Below, in pieces: positions 25,537 to 39,298 of a stretch of 64,000 nucleotides of DNA; the first letter of the stretch is position 1, and each line of letters starts with the position of its first letter. The position numbers and the translations under genes were made by a program. Under the pieces are notes generated by a model. It was given only the letters and a program-made list of their open reading frames with translations. It did not search any database and was not told the DNA's origin. Origin of the DNA: Felis catus (Eukaryota); assembly GCF_018350175.1 (NCBI RefSeq), contig NC_058368.1, forward strand, positions 115,074,001 to 115,138,000, written 5' to 3'.

Positions 25537-28500
25537 AGAACACACTAATGGGGGGAAATGGCATTGGGCACACTACTCCAAAAAGCATTCCTCTTGGTGG
25601 GAAGACCTTAGCCATGACTGCTACCTCGCTTAGTCCTCCCCTTCCAGCTTGTCATCAAGAATCCCATTTGCCTAGCAGTCCACAGGCTGGGGTGCTATAC
25701 AGAGAGGGGGACAGGATGAGGACAGGCCCCTTCACACTGCATGAGACATACAGGAGGTATGTGTCCGAGCACATCTGCCCTACCACCACCCATTCTACCT
25801 GAATGGCTCTCCCATGTTCCAGCTTTTCCCATTAGGGCTTTTCCCTCCATCCAGTCATAACAGAGAATGCAGGCCCTAAGACAAGGGAGGCACAGCAGAA
25901 ACTGCAAATGTAAACTACACTGATGTCCATGAAGAAAAAGACAGCCTCTGTGAGACACAGGCCTAGTTGGCATCCCTCCCCCCGGAAGTTGATCCTAACC
26001 ACTCCCAGACAAGAGCTTCCTCTGCTGTGAGCCGCTCACTCAGCCATCTCTCTGATATGTACGTACCCCACCCATAGCGCTGGGCATTTGACAGATAGAT
26101 GGGACAAGACAGGCACAAGTACTATGTGTCATCCTTTAGGCTAAAATGAGCTTCGTGTCACATTGGGTTTCACTGGGGAATCAGTAAAGGTGGCTAAAAT
26201 ATTCCCCTGCCCCAGAGGACAGGTTCCAACCAAAGTCTAGAGAAACGAAGGCTAAGAAAGACACTGGTAAATTCTTCTTCCACCTTATATAACCAGCAGG
26301 GTTAAGCGTCTAGCCTGTCCTCTTGTCACTGAATTCAGCAACTGCATTTCCAAGACTCCAGGACAAGTATCACTCTAGGCAAATGGGAGGTAAAATCCAG
26401 AGTTAATCACAAAAAGAAGAACACACTCCTCAGACCACAGATACCAAGGATTACAGGCAAGACAAGCAATCCCAGCAAGACTAACACTGTATCATCCACC
26501 CCCCTTTCTCATACATGCTTGGGGCCTTTCAGGCCCAGGCCATCAGGCATGGCCTCTAAGTAGGACCGCCACTCCCCACCCCATCGCCACACCAAAGTGA
26601 GGAAGGAGAATCTGCTGAGCAGTGCTTGCTCTAGGGTCTAGGGTAAGGTGGGGCGAAATGTCCAGCTGAGGCTGAGCTGGAAAGAGAGGAGATGCCTCTG
26701 ACAAGAACAAAGGCTGTAACGGACACAAGCAGATTAGATACTTTTCAGGCGCGATTCCACACAAAGGGGACTCCAACAAAATAGGCAAATTAAAGTCCTT
26801 TGTGCCTAACACAATGGCAGCAGTGGAAGCTACAGCCAGACCAGCTAGCAGGACCAAGGTAACAGCAGGACATGGCAGTGGGAAAACGAGGAGAAGAGAA
26901 GCAGGGCTCAGTTCTTAGCTCTTCGGGGGCCTCAGGGTGTGGCATGGGCCTTGGTTTTTACCTTCCCTGATGTGGGACCAAGAAACCACCCCCTCCTGCC
27001 CTTGGGGATAGTGCCTTTTAGGTATGTTCAATTTGGAGAATGCCAGGCTTGAGAAATGCCATCAAGGAAGATTTTTTTCACCCCCTTCTGAGGTATTTTG
27101 CTGTACTTGTTTCCATCTAGGGATGAGTGAGATCCCTTATGATTCCCCCCTGACCTGCCTGGTTAGCAATTCAACAGGAAAACACCTCCCACGGCAAAAT
27201 GAAAGTAGACTTCAAGCCACTTTCCTTCTGGCTGACTCCCATGTAAATGAGCTGCCTGCAGCCTGACTCACAAGAGCTCAAAATGGAAAAATGCAAAGAA
27301 AAAAAAAAAAAAAGGCACAGTTTGAAGGTAAGGGTGAGGCTTGCCTATCAGATGAAGCTTCTAGGGGGCTAACCCAGCATGCTGCCAGGGACTTGATATG
27401 GGCACCAACGCCTGAAAGACAACCCAGGAAAAAAGAGACAGTGGTACACTTCCCCAGACAAAAGGAACCTCAGATATCTAGTCCTCTTGTTTATCTAAGT
27501 AAAATGAGTCCTTAAATGTCAGTAAGCTGGCTGTAGACCTGAGAGTGTGATGCCTGTGTCCAGACTCCTGAGTTCAGGACTAGAACAGGGTCACCCTCGG
27601 GATCATGACCCCACACGCGGCTCTCTGCGCACAGTCAGCCTTAGTGGTAGCAGAGGACTGGGACAGAACTTGGGCTTGTTCCCTCAGCTCCTGGTCCAGG
27701 AAGTATAGCCTGTCCATGAGAGCAAACCCAAGCTTTCTAGCTCCACAGATGATGTCTTATACTAACAGGCCCCCTGGCAAGGCACCAGGGCACCAATATT
27801 CTAAGGGACGTGGTAGTTAATGTGGCTGCAGTCCCCCCACAGCACCAGGCCTTCTCCCTTCCTGCTCCCTGAATTGCAGGGTCCCCACAGCCAGCAGCTT
27901 CCCTGGTTGACTATTTGATCCAAACATTACAAAAGAACATATCTTTCTATTCACTGTGGAGTAGAGGCAGTCATTTCAAACCTATACATTACACACCCCT
28001 GCCTGAAAGAAAAAGCAAAATTAAATTAAAATTCTCTCTGGAAGATGTCTACCCCAAAAGCCAGAAAAACACTGTACAGTGGTGACTAGTTCCCAACCCC
28101 AAGCAGCTCTCTGCGGCCCCCTCCTCCTTCTTCCCCTTCTGACTGGACAGCTCCAGATGTGTCTCAGAGTTTCAATGATTCACTCTAATGATAACGCACC
28201 CTCAGAATAAATCAGGGACTCTGATTGATTTAGGAGGCAACTTGCACAAATACCTGTAATCTAGTTCTAATCTTGTTTGTTTCCATTCCAATTATCCTGC
28301 ATCAATGGTTTAAAAATGGGAACCGTCTGGTGCATACATCCAATCCATTTTAATAGAGGATAAATCTGGGTTATTGTGACCCTTTCCTCTCTCAGGCTCA
28401 GGACAACACCAGCCGTCTCAAGGCACTGATTGGGCCGAATCAGCTCTAACTCTATTCAACTCTTCAAGGATTCAATTAATCATAAAGCCAATTCCATTCT

Positions 28501-29060
28501 GGGCTCCATCTGTCTTGCCTCCTTCGGGGACTAATAATCACTCACTGTGTGTTTTTACACACTAGTTGAACTGAAATTAAGACTGATTTCATCATGAAGC
28601 ACTCAAGAAGAAAATGCATTTCTTGGAGAAAAATTTCAGAGCTATTTCAATGTTCGGTTTGGGTAAAGGTATTATTAAATAAACAAAAGAACATTTTTTT
28701 TAACTTCAAAATTCTTAATATTGTAAAATAATTCCTGCCACCCAACTCCCAAAAAAGGGCAGCTCCTTGGGAGAACTAGAAACTTTCAATGTTGGATCAT
28801 ACAACAGAGACACTCAATTTGTCCTTGGGTATCTACAAAGCATGAGTACCCAAAACAGTGAGGGGAAAATGTAATCAATTTGATATTTAACACATTATTT
28901 TTAAAAATCTAACTGGTCATCCATCCTGGGGTAGTGGGTCTAATTTAAAATTTGAAATTATTTTTATTTTGAATTTCCTAGTCACAGGGAGAAGAGGAGA
29001 GGCCATGAGCAGGATAGGCACTATGTTCTTTTCAGTGTTTAGGAGCTCTTGATATCTTAA

Positions 29061-29275
29061 AAAAAAATTGTTTTTAATGTTTTATTTATTTTTGAGAGAA
29101 AGAGAGAGAGACAGAGTGAGCAGGGGAAGGGCAGAGAGAGGGGGAGACACAGAATCCGAAGCAAGCTCTAGGCTGAGGTGTCAGCACAGAGCCCGATATG
29201 GGGCTCAAACTCATGAACTGTGAGATGATGACCTGAGCTGAAGTCTGATGTTTGACTGAACCACCCAGGCGCCCC
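29061..29275 (-). mobile_element. CAN-SINE
   Basis: 20-bp direct repeat aggagctcttgatatcttaa (29041-29060, 29276-29295). Confidence 0.95.
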
Positions 29276-30084
29276 AGGAGCTCTTGATATCTTAAGCCAG
29301 CTATGAGAATTCTAAGCCCTTAGAGAGCTTCTAAATGGCAAGAACTATAGCTTTTGTTTTCTGTAAATAGCCTGGCTCTCCCGGAAGCATGCAAGTGGCT
29401 TCCCTGGCAAATACTCAAGATGGAGACCTTCTACCCACCCCCAACTCATCCCCCTCCCACACCAATCCCGCTGGGAATCGGCTCTTTATCAAGCCCATGA
29501 TCATGAAAGGGCCACAGCCCAACCAGTCCGCCACATGGGTTTGGAACCATGCCCAATTTGTCAGCAGGTTTCAGTGGAGGAAAATGCACATAGCGAAGAT
29601 TTTTATTTTTACTTTTCATAATTGCTAAGACAAAGCATCAGAGTATCTCCAGAGTCCCAAGTGTCTAGTGGTCATGGTATACCTAGCACAGCCCCCTACA
29701 CCTACCTGTTACAAAACAGTCCCAACACAGTGGAGGAAATCCACACTGTAGCAAAGGAGATCCAGCATGTGGCTGCTTTATTTCCTTAACAGGTTTTAAA
29801 CTAAAATTCTGAATTGCACAAACTCTCAATCAGAACTAATGACACAGTCATTCCAAACTTATCATCAAAAATGCTTTCTGACTCATACTACTCTAAAAAG
29901 TCATCAGTAATCAGTTCTTAGACCCAACAATCAAATACATCCTTTGTTTAAACAATGAATTTTGCAGAGTAGTAAGTCTAATTAATTGGAGTACTGTCAT
30001 TTTCAAGCATGGGTCAATGCACACATTTCCCCAAAAGCTTCCACCTGAGTCATTCTCCATTTATTAAAAACAAATCCCACCTCC

Positions 30085-30410
30085 TAAGAAGGATTTTATG
30101 TATGGATAAAGAATCATGTCCAAGATATACTGTTACATGGAAAAAGCAAAATGTAAAATGATGTATATACAGCAATCTACCTTTTATATCAAAACAGAGG
30201 GAAAGAAACACTATATAGGTCTATCTGCTTGAAAATGCATAAATACCTCTAGAAGAAACCGGCAACACTGGGTACCTTAAGGAAAGGAAGCTGGATGGCA
30301 AAGACAGGATAGAACAAAGCATTTTCACCATGCCCTTTTGTACCCTTTGACTTTTGAACCATATGAGTATGTTACTAAATCAGAATTGAGGACATAAAAT
30401 TTAAATTTAA
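30085..30410 (+). mobile_element. Ancient L1ME-type 3'UTR
   Basis: tccaagatatactgtta..gaaaaagcaa...ttttgtaccctttga..tttgaaccatatga. Confidence 0.65.
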
Positions 30411-33400
30411 GTAAGATACCTCAAAGACATTCATCTGGACATTTACCAAAACACTACAGAGACATCTGATTACATTCCATGCAGAAAACAAGTCTTACAT
30501 ATCTCTCAGCCATGCAGTATCAGTGAACCTTCAGGTATAGACCTCCAGAACACAGGGCCAAGATCAGCAGCACAGCCAGACATACGTGGAGACCCAAGTG
30601 GTCACTATGAATATCTGAAGATAGGCTGTAGCAATAAAGGAGGGAGGGCAGGCAGGCTGAACAACTGCCCAGGATGCACCATCCAGCTTGAGAAGCCCCC
30701 AACTATTTTTCACCTTTGCAAAAGGGGAAACTGCAGCTTGTTCAAGGCTAAGTTTTTTTCTGAGTTACAGGGCTAGAGAGAGTGGGAACATTATCTGAAT
30801 CTTGCAGGAACACGTTGTCCCAGATCCCAGGAGTTCTCTGACTGGGCAGGAAATGCTACCTGAAGGTCTTATCTGAGCCTGGAAACTCAGAGCTTCTGAC
30901 TCATCTTCTCATTCTGGCTGCCACATAGCCCCATGGTCTTGCACAAATCATTTCAACAGAGGTACTGAGGCGGTTCTGAGGGTCCTCCATTCAGCCACTG
31001 ATCACCATCCACAGCTCTTTGGCAAGAGCATCGGTGCATCAGGGATTTCATGTTAAATGCCACAGGTATGCATCAGGGATTGCTTATTCCTGTTCTCTTT
31101 TCCTAGCTGAGTAGTGTCCAGCAGGTTTACTCCTGGGCCCACTTTCTGATCAGTCTCTGCTTCTTTTTGAATCTTAGCATCAACTTTACCCAAAAAGAGT
31201 TGCACTAAGACCATGAGGACTGTGAAAAGACACTTGCTCAGGGTGAAGGTACCAGAGCAATGGCTATGAGCAAAGTCCCTCAGGATGCTCCCAGAACTCC
31301 CAGTCTAATGCAAACAGAAAACCTACTGGGACAGCCTTTACCCTCATCTACACACCATGAGAATCTAAATGACCTAACTGCAAAAAGTAAATTGGGGAAA
31401 GCTCTTGGGAAGAGGTGAGGTGGCTTACATTTTATTTTTCACACATTTTTCTAGCTTGCTTTTAAAAAAGACCCTTCAGTCCTTTTTCTCCTTCCCATTT
31501 TGTGGGTGCTCTACAAATGGAAGGCTCCCAAACAGCCTAAACTACCCTGTGCTTGCCACTTAAAGAGAGCAGGAAGCCTCTGAGACATTCTGTGTTCTGG
31601 CCTATTGGCCAGATGCTCCAGATGAGGCTGGGGCATGAGGGCCCAGCTATAATCCTTTCCCGGCAAGCCAGGCTAAAGTGGCAGTGGGACCAAAGCAACT
31701 GATTAAAAGCAGTATAAAAGCTGAAAGAAAATGAGAGAGAAATAAATTAGCTTTAAACCTCAAGGTTGTGCACGCAAATGAAATGCAGTGGGGGCTGGGA
31801 AGCAGACTGGGAAGTCAATCTTAGAGATTTCCCTGAAACAAAGGGATTATGGATTGTCCAATACAAGGAAATCCTTCTGTTTCACAGCCACATGACAGCT
31901 TTTTACTCAGTGCCGTTCATTAAACACTTCACACAGATTCTGAGATAATGGGATGCAGCCAACATCCTGAAAAAGCCCTGAGACTCCCCCACCGGTCTTC
32001 TACCCACGCAGCACTGGCTGCAAAGCGTGACTGTCATCAGTGGGGGACAGGGTTGCTATCTCTGCCATCTTTCAATTATTGCCTTCCCCTACCCTTTTGG
32101 ATTCTCCTCTTTCAGTAATAGACTACTATTACCAGCAGAAGAAAGGCTGGGAGAGAAAACTTCCAAGTGATCAGTAATTCAATAAACAAAACACTCAGAA
32201 GTACTTGATAGGAGGGAGAGAAGAGATAAAGGACGACAGGAGAAGGTCCACCATCGATGACCTTGTGACTTAAATCTCATAGAGAAACCCCTGAGAAGGG
32301 GCTTGATTGTTCTCAAAAAAGAACCAGAGTGGTAGAGTTTAAAACATGCTTGCCCATTCTGAGCAGGCCTATTTCTGGAAAGGTTGGTCAGAGCTGTTGT
32401 CAGGGTTTGTTACCAACAGGCAGAAGCCCATGGGCACAAAATCCCTAATAGGAATCAATCCGGTTAGTGTCCATTGGGAATCTCCTAATGTAGAAGTGGA
32501 CAATGGAAGAAAAGGAAGGTACACAAGAGACTTTCATCAAGTCACATCCTGACCACCACTCAGACTGTCTATAGGACCTAGCCTGAACATGGTGGACTTT
32601 CCATAAATCCCTCCTGTTTCCTCCCTATCTCATTTCCTGCAACCTTAAAATAGTCGAGAGCTTGCATGACTGATGAATAAAAAGACTAAGGTTCCCATTG
32701 AAGACCGTTAGAGGGATGGCATGTTTTGTCAGAGTCTGTTAACTCTTCAAAAAAATGTATAGCCCTCCAATAAATTATCTGAGTGCCCTTGGGCAAGTAC
32801 CTTCTTCTATAAAGCCAGAATACTATTATTCACAGAAAGATTTGTTTCAAGGATTAAATGAGAGGATATACGTAAAGGTCCTTCCCCTGGAAGGCACCTC
32901 TTCCACAACCACTTTTCTCATACCCACACTTCACCTGCTCCTGGTCAGTCTAGTCCCTTCTGGTATAATAGACTCTTTTAGTCCCGCCTTCTATAGAACA
33001 GAAACTGAGCCATTGGCATTTTCTCAGATAATCTTTCCAAATCTCAAACAAAAAGAAAACCTAAGTGTATGCTTAACTATTCCAGAGCCAAGAGAAACTA
33101 GTGTTTTTTGTTTTGTTTTGCTAGTGGTCCCTCATGATCTGTTCTCCCATTCTTACATACAGCAAACTTTTTGCTATAAAGACTACATTCTGGCCAGGGG
33201 AATACAAGCATAAGCACCACCTAGCAGCTTTTAGAATCCTTCTAAACAAACTTTTAGGTGTGATTTGCCTCCTCTTCTATGTTCCTTCCTTCATTCTGCT
33301 CTCTAGAATGCACACCTGGCCATCTTGGATAACAAGGAAAAGGGTTAATGCTTAGGGATAGCGTCACAATGTGACTGAAAGAAACTCAAGAACCCTGTGT

Positions 33401-33519
33401 GTATCTGGAGCAAGGCTGCCACATCAGCCCTAGGCTGCTGACCTGAAGATGATGTTTAGACAAAAGACAAATAACTGTCTTTCTTATCTAAGCCATTTTC
33501 TGTCACTTACAGCCAATTT

Positions 33520-34006
33520 AGAAGGTCTAGACCAAAACCAGACAAATCCTTGTATTAACTCCCTCCCCTTAAGTCAGAGGGGTTCTAACCAATACAGCAA
33601 CAGTGACAGGACATATGTGATTATGTGTATGTGATCAGCTATGAAACACTGAAATGCCTGTTTTGCAGAGAACTGTCTCCTTTGCTGGCCTTGGAGAAGC
33701 AACCTGCCATATTGTAAGCTGTTTAAGCTATTTATGGAGATGTGCATGTGGCAAGGAACTGAGAGGAGGTTCCAGCCAGCAAGAAGTGAAGCCCCTAATC
33801 CGGTAACAACCTGAACAAAAGTGAGTTCTGTCCATTACCACATGAGTTTATACATGAGTCTTCCATAAACTCCAGCTAAGCGATGCAAAGTACCCACTGA
33901 GTCGTGGCTGGACTTCTGATACATAGAAAATTATATAATAACTGTGCATGGCTTTGAGCAGCTAAATTCATGGTAATTTGTTATGCAGCAATATATAATT
34001 AATACA
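33520..34006 (+). mobile_element. MLT1 (MaLR) LTR
   Basis: gtggcaaggaactgag...gctaaattcatggtaatttgttatgcagcaata..taattaataca end. Confidence 0.75.
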
Positions 34007-34347
34007 ATGACCAAAAAAAAGTCATTACAGATATGTAAAGATGATTCACCACTAAGTAATATATAAATACAATTAACAAAAAGAGAAGTCACAGAAGTTT
34101 ACCATATGGCATCTTGTTAGATGACAAAATGCACACAATTCACCATAAATCGCTCTTGGACCACCTTGGTGAAAATGATATTTATGTATATGTACTGAAC
34201 ATTAATGCAACATATTTAACATAAACATACCTAACATATATTTGCAAATATATAAAACATATACACACATATATACACACACCAAATGCCAGCATCATGC
34301 ATAATCATAAAATACCAAAAAGATTCCTGTCAAAAACAGACATAGAA

Positions 34348-34506
34348 GGGCTCCTGGGTGGCTCAGTCAGTTAAGCATCTGACTCTTAGGCTCAGGTCAT
34401 GATCTCATGGTCGTGACATTAAGGCCCACTTTGGGCTCCGCGCTGAGCATGAAGTCTGCTTAAGATATTCTCTCTCTCCCCTTTTGCCCCTCTCCCCTGT
34501 TCATGC

Positions 34507-34559
<53 letters not shown>

Positions 34560-34846
34560 ACACAGAATAAACTGGAAGGCTGTTGAAAACAGTAAGATAG
34601 ATTAAATAAGGTACCTCATAATAAATTTTTAATTTTTTTAATGTTTATTTTTGAGAGAGAGATAAAGAGCACATGCACGTGTGCCTGAGTAGGGAAGGGG
34701 CAGAGAGAGAGGGAGCCACAGAATCTGAAGCAGGCTCCAGGCTCTGAGCTGTCAGCACAGAGCCCAATGCAGGGCTCAAATCCATGAACCATGAGCTCAT
34801 CACCTGAGCCAAAGTTGGACACTTGACTGAGCCACCCAGGGGCCCC
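34348..34846. mobile_element. Tail-to-tail SINE pair: + (34348-34556, (CA)n at ~34510-34553) and - (~34625-34846)
   Basis: Two SINE bodies in opposite orientation. Confidence 0.9.
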
Positions 34847-35247
34847 ACTTCATATTATTTTTTTTTTAATCAATAGCTACTTCTCATTTCCAATAATGAT
34901 TAAGTTAAACAGTTCAGGCCAACCCACTTTTTGAAAACAAAAATGAATATAAAAAATATTTCCCCTAAAAGCATCAAAAAGCAACAAAGTGATTAAAAAC
35001 TGAAGGATCAAAGGCTAAAGAAGAGAAGGAACCCAGAAAAACAACCACGGTATTAAAGCCACTCAGGCCTAGAGCATTCAATTATTCAGGTGAACTTGGG
35101 TTTTGATTTGGGCAGTCTTGTGTGAAAGGTGGACAAAGTTAAGCCTAGTACTATCCAAAATGGAAACCTGCCCCACATTTATTCTGAAAGTACAGTCTTT
35201 TGTTGGAGTCCTAGCTTAGAGGTGAATCAGACAGATTGCACAGGCAT

Positions 35248-35523
35248 GGGGTGCTTGGGTGGCTCAGTCGGTTAAGCATCCGACTCTTAGTTTCAGCTGA
35301 AATGATCTAATAGTTTGTGATTTTGAGCCCATCACTGGGCTCTGCACTGATGGTGCTGAGCCTGCTTGGGATTCTGTCTCCCCCTCTCTCTCTTTCTCTC
35401 TCTGCCCCTCCCCTGTTCGCTCTCTCTCTCAAAAATAAACATAGAAAGAAGAAAGGAAGGAAGGAAGGAAGGAAGGAAGGAAGGAAGGAAGGAAGGAAGG
35501 AAGGAAGGAAGGAAGGAAGGAAG
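35248..35523 (+). mobile_element. CAN-SINE with (GGAA)n tail
   Basis: SINE body; (GGAA)n ~35452-35523; TSD gattgcac(a/g)ggca. Confidence 0.9.
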
Positions 35524-35865
35524 ATTGATTGCACGGGCAATCAAAAGAACAAGGGAAAACTGTCCCCCAAAGATGGAAGCTACAACCTGGCCTTCATATG
35601 GTTTTACAATCTGGATTCACATCCTTTGGGCAGACTGGAAAGCCTCAAGTTCTAAACCCGACTTGAGATGGTTCCAGACTGTTAATTATCTCCAGGCCCC
35701 TGGCAGATGAAAACCCAAAGCTCTCTGAAAACCCATAATCTTTTGTGGCCCCCAAATTAAAAAACCCATGAGTAGTACAGTAAAAAATAATCAAACACAT
35801 AAGAAAACAAGGCACAGTTGAGGGAAACTAGCAGAAACAGCTCTGGAGTTATAACTACATTTAGA

Positions 35866-36090
35866 GGGGCACCTGGGTGGCTCAGTTGATTAAGCATCAG
35901 ACTTCAGCTCAGATCACGATCTCATGGTTTGTGAGTTCGAGCCCCACATCAAATGTGTTTGAGGCCTGTTTCAGATGAGCTCAAGCCTTACTTTGGGTAA
36001 GCCCTGCTTCTCTCTCTCCCTTTCTGCCCCTTGTGGGATTCGCTCTCTCTCTCCCTCTCCCTCTCCCTCTCTCAAAACACACACACACAC
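35866..36090 (+). mobile_element. CAN-SINE (different, longer subfamily)
   Basis: Head ggggcacctgggtggctcag; extra internal segment; TSD ctacattta. Confidence 0.85.
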
Positions 36091-36199
36091 CTACATTTAC
36101 AATGATTCAAATAAGTAAAATACATCCTCTAAAATATCTGCAGTGCACAGTCAACCAAAAAAAATGGGGGGGGGGGGGTACATCAGACTTGGAAAAAGA

Positions 36200-37150
36200 T
36201 GCAAGTAAAACTTCTAAAAATAACTGTAAATCCCTAATTGAGTGTTTCATGGACTCAAGAGGAGACACAGCACAAAGGAAAAGGAGTAAATAGGAAGATA
36301 AATTACACAAAATTATCTAGATCAGCAAATGTGACATATAGGTAGGAAATATGGAAAATAAGTAAAGAAACATGAAAAACTGAATGAGAAGGTCTAACAT
36401 ATGTTTAATTGGAATCTCAAAAATATAGCAAAGAAAAAAAAGGCAGACAACACCTGAGGGGATAATGAATGAAAATGTTACAGAACAGATGAAAGACACA
36501 AATTCAGATTGAATAAATCCAAGAACCTCCAAGCAGGAAACACACACACACACACACACCTCAACACAGCATCATCGAAAAGTAGAGAAAATCAGAGATA
36601 AAATCTTAAAAGTAGATATTTATATGAATTTTTATGAATATTTTTATGAATATAAAAATTCAAATAAGTAACCAAGAGCTATCTTCTCCACATCAACAAC
36701 AGAAGGCAGAATGAAATTTGCTACAAGAAAACAAATGTCATCATAGAATTCTGTATCCAGATGAGGGGGAAGAGGAAAAGGGGAGAAAAAAAAGAAAAGC
36801 AAGGAGGCTATCTCATGGTCTAAGTACAGAATATACATTCTATTTAGGCACATGTGGAATATTGATAAAAACTGATCATATACTAGCCAAAGAGAAAGAC
36901 TCAACTATTTCCAAATGACTGAAATAATAAAAGTGTTTCTCTGACTACAAGCTACATGTCAATAACAAAAACCTAACTAGAAACTTTTCATCAAATTTGG
37001 AAATTAAGAAAACAAATATAAATCATGGACCAAAAAAAATTGTGATTGAAATTTAGAAATTTTTTTGAAAGGATACTTAAAATACTACATATCAAAACTT
37101 TTGAATCCCATTGAAGGAAGCAGTAATTAAAAGTCAAGTCCTAAAATGAA
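36200..37150 (+). mobile_element. Ancient L1M ORF1/endonuclease remnant
   Basis: gaatatacattc...ataaaaactgatcatatacta resembles L1 EN EYTF...KIDHIL. Confidence 0.65.
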
Positions 37151-37155
37151 AAACA

Positions 37156-37739
37156 AAGGTGACGCTTGAATAACATAGGTTTGAACTGTGTGGGTCCACT
37201 TATAAATTGATTTTTATTTTATCTTATATTTTAAAGAACATTTTGTATTATGGAAATTTTCAAACAAACATTAAGTAGAGATAATATAACAAGTTTCCAC
37301 GTACCCATTATAAAAATTTTGCCACTCTTATTTCACCTCTCACTCCTTTGTTTTTCTGGAGTATTTTTAAAATTATTTTTAAGTTTTTATTTTAATTCCA
37401 GCTAACATGTAGTGTAATAACAGTTTCAAGTATACAATATGGTGATTCAATACCTCCATACAACACCCTGTGCTCATCACAACAAGGGCACTCCTTAATC
37501 ATGATCACCTATTACATTCATCCCCTCTGTTTGTTCTTTATAGTTAAGAGTTCTTGGTTTGTCTCTTTTTTCTCCCTTGGCTCATTTGTTTTGTTTCTTA
37601 AATTCCACATATGAGTGAAATCACATGGTATCTGTCTTTCCTTGACTGACTTATTTCACCTAGCATTATACTCTGTGGCTCTATCCACATCATTGCAAAT
37701 GTCAAGATTTCATTCCTTTTCTAGGGCCAAGCAATAGTC

Positions 37740-37789
<50 letters not shown>

Positions 37790-39238
37790 ATACACACCAC
37801 ACCCTCTTGATCCTTTCATCAATCAATGGACACTGGGGATGCTTCCATAATTTGGCTATTGTAAATAATGCTGCTATAAACATAGGGGTGCATGAATCCC
37901 TTTGAATTAGTGTTTTTCTAATCTTTGGGTAAATACCTAGTCATGTGATTGCTGAACTACAGATTACCTTTTTGAGAAACCTCCATACTGTTTTCCACAG
38001 TGGCTGCACCAGTTGACATTCCCACCAAAAGGGAAGAAGGGTTCCCTTTACTCCAGGTCCTCACCAACACCTGTTGTTTCTCGTGTTGTTGCTTTTAGCC
38101 ATTCTGAGGGCTGTGAGGTGGTATCTCACTATAGTTTTGATTTACATTTCCATGATGGTAAGGAATAATGAACATCTTTTCGTAGGTCTGTTGGCCATCT
38201 GGATGTCTTCTTTGGAAAAATGTCTATTCTTATCTTCTGCCCAGTTTTTAACTGGATTATTTCTTTTTGGGGTATTGAGTTTTCTAAGTTCTTTATATTT
38301 TCGATACTAACCCTTTATTGGATATGCCACTTGCAGATATCTTCTCAATTCCATAGGTTGTCATTTAGTTTTGTTGATTGTTTCCTTTACTCTGCAGAAG
38401 CTTTTTATTTTTATGCAGTCCCAGTAGTTTTGCTTTTGTTTCCCTTGCCCCAGAAGGCTTATCAAGAAAAAAGTTGTTACAGCTGATATCAAAAAGGTTA
38501 CTGCCTGTGTTTTCTTCCAGGATTTTAATGGTTTCAGGTCTCACAGTTTTTAGGTCTTTCATCCATTTTGAATTTATTTTTGAATATGGTGTAATAAAGT
38601 GGTCTGATTTGTTTCTTTTGCAAATTGCTGTCCAATTTTCCCAATACCATTTGAAGAGACTGTCCTTTTCCCATTGGATATCCTTTCCTGTTTTCTCAAA
38701 GATTATTTGACGATGTAGTTGTGTTTATTTTTGGGTTTTCTATTCTGTTCCATTGATCTTTGTGTCTATTTTTGTGCCAGCACAATACTTTTTTGATCAC
38801 TACAGCTTTGTTGTATAACTTCAAGTCTGGAATTATGATGCTTTCAGTTTTGCTCTTCTTTTTCAAGACTGCTTTGGCTATTTGAGGTCTTTTGTGGTTC
38901 CATACAAATTTTAGGATTGTTTGTTCTAGTTCTGTGAAAAATGCTGTTGGCATTTTGGTAGGGATTGCACTCAATGCATAGATCGCTTTGGATGGTATAA
39001 ATGTTTTAACAATTTGTTCTTCTGATCCATGAGTTTAGAATTTCTTTCCATTTCTTTGGGTCATCTTCAAAATTTCTTTCATCAGTATTTTATAGTTTCC
39101 AGAGTATAGGTCTTTCACCTCTTTGTTTAGGTTTATTCCTAGGTATGTTACTATTTTTGGTGCAATTGTAAATAAGATTGTTTTCTTTCTTCCTTCTTTC
39201 TTTTCTTTCTCTTCTTTCCTTTTTCTTTCTCTTCTTTC

Positions 39239-39298
<60 letters not shown>

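Noticed and set aside
32755..33213. 152-aa ORF
   Set aside because: Begins in MIR-like sequence, has no recognisable domain, and is consistent with chance.
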